36,343 bases of DNA from Reclinomonas americana ATCC 50394 (taxonomy: Eukaryota). A program made the translations under genes and the position numbers. Below the pieces are notes generated by a model that was given only the letters and a program-made list of their open reading frames with translations, searched no databases and was not told the DNA's origin. Positions 35,618 to 36,343 of this stretch are shown one piece after another. Positions within the stretch are counted from its first letter, which is position 1. The number at the start of each line of letters is the position of its first letter. Where the stretch lies: NCBI GenBank assembly GCA_048213135.1, contig PS015521.1, forward strand, positions 1-36,343, given 5' to 3'.

Positions 35618-36343
35618 TTATGTCGCCGCTGCGGCGACTGGTGGCGGCTCCTCATCGTCCACAACCCTCCACACATTTACGCAGCTGTCGTAGGCGGCAC
35701 TGAACAGATGATCGTGATATGTGAGCAGGCACGACAAGCTGCCCGTGTGCTCGCGTAGTACGCGCAGGCAGCGATACTCGTGCGCCGAATCCCACACCTG
35801 GAGCACTCAATCAGTCAGCAGGTTGATTGCACGAATTGACGGCGCCTCACGCAACTCGTACTGTGTTGTCAAAGGAGCCACTGAACAGGTAGTTGCGAGT
35901 GGCCTTGAGCGCCGTGACCATGGCCTCGTGGCCCCACAATGTGGTCACCTCGCCAGCTGGCGCCTGTGGTCCACGACGAATGTCCCACACGCGAATCGAG
36001 TGATCCAACGACCCCGAGTACAAAAAGTAGCCGTTCGGGCTGATCGTCACACAGCGCACCCAGTCGGCGTGCCCCTCAATGTCATTGCACGGCTTGCCGA
36101 GGCGCAAATCGAACACCTTGATGCTCGACTCGCCAGTGCACATGTAGAGGCCGCAGTCTGGCGAAGCAATCATGTCGAATATGCCCCACTGGTAGCCGCC
36201 GACGGATTTTTGCAGTTCAAAGGTTTCACCACGCTGCTCCGTCCACTTGTAGACCTGCAACGGGGCGGGTGTGGAGCGTGTGTGAGAGAAAGAGAGATAA
36301 AGGGGACAGGAAAGGTGCGACAAATCTCCACGCAACTCCAATG
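35618..36343 (-). CDS. WD40-repeat protein, 3' portion (runs off the window)
   Basis: GHADWVRCV...LYSGSLDHSIRVWD, GHEAMVTAL...LFSGSFDNTVR|VWD, EHTGSLSCL...LFSAAYDSCVNVW. Intron at 35855-35798; stop at 35618. Confidence 0.92.

Overview
Eukaryotic genomic DNA from a draft scaffold with five N-gaps. It is GC-rich, microsatellite-rich and dense in short (about 55-90 nt) introns, which suggests a protist; the lineage cannot be fixed from sequence alone. Hand-spliced gene models give: several orphan membrane-protein genes (- strand, 0.15-6.4 kb); a eukaryotic glutathione synthetase whose 5' exons lie on a small, probably mis-oriented contig; two tandem paralogous soluble multi-PAS hybrid histidine kinases (- strand, 11.2-24.8 kb); an intronless nodulin-like MFS transporter; a polyQ protein; an ARM-like protein; a protein with 16 x 22-aa tandem repeats; and the 3' part of a WD40 gene. 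The most striking signal is in the splicing code. More than 20 introns appear to use an atypical GTTGCG(T) donor, which looks like GTGCGT with one extra T, and the two forms swap at homologous intron positions in the two kinase paralogs. The kinases also share a conserved C-x13/14-CPC-x2-C insert inside a PAS-like domain, a candidate metal or redox sensor. All gene models were spliced by eye and need RNA-seq confirmation.
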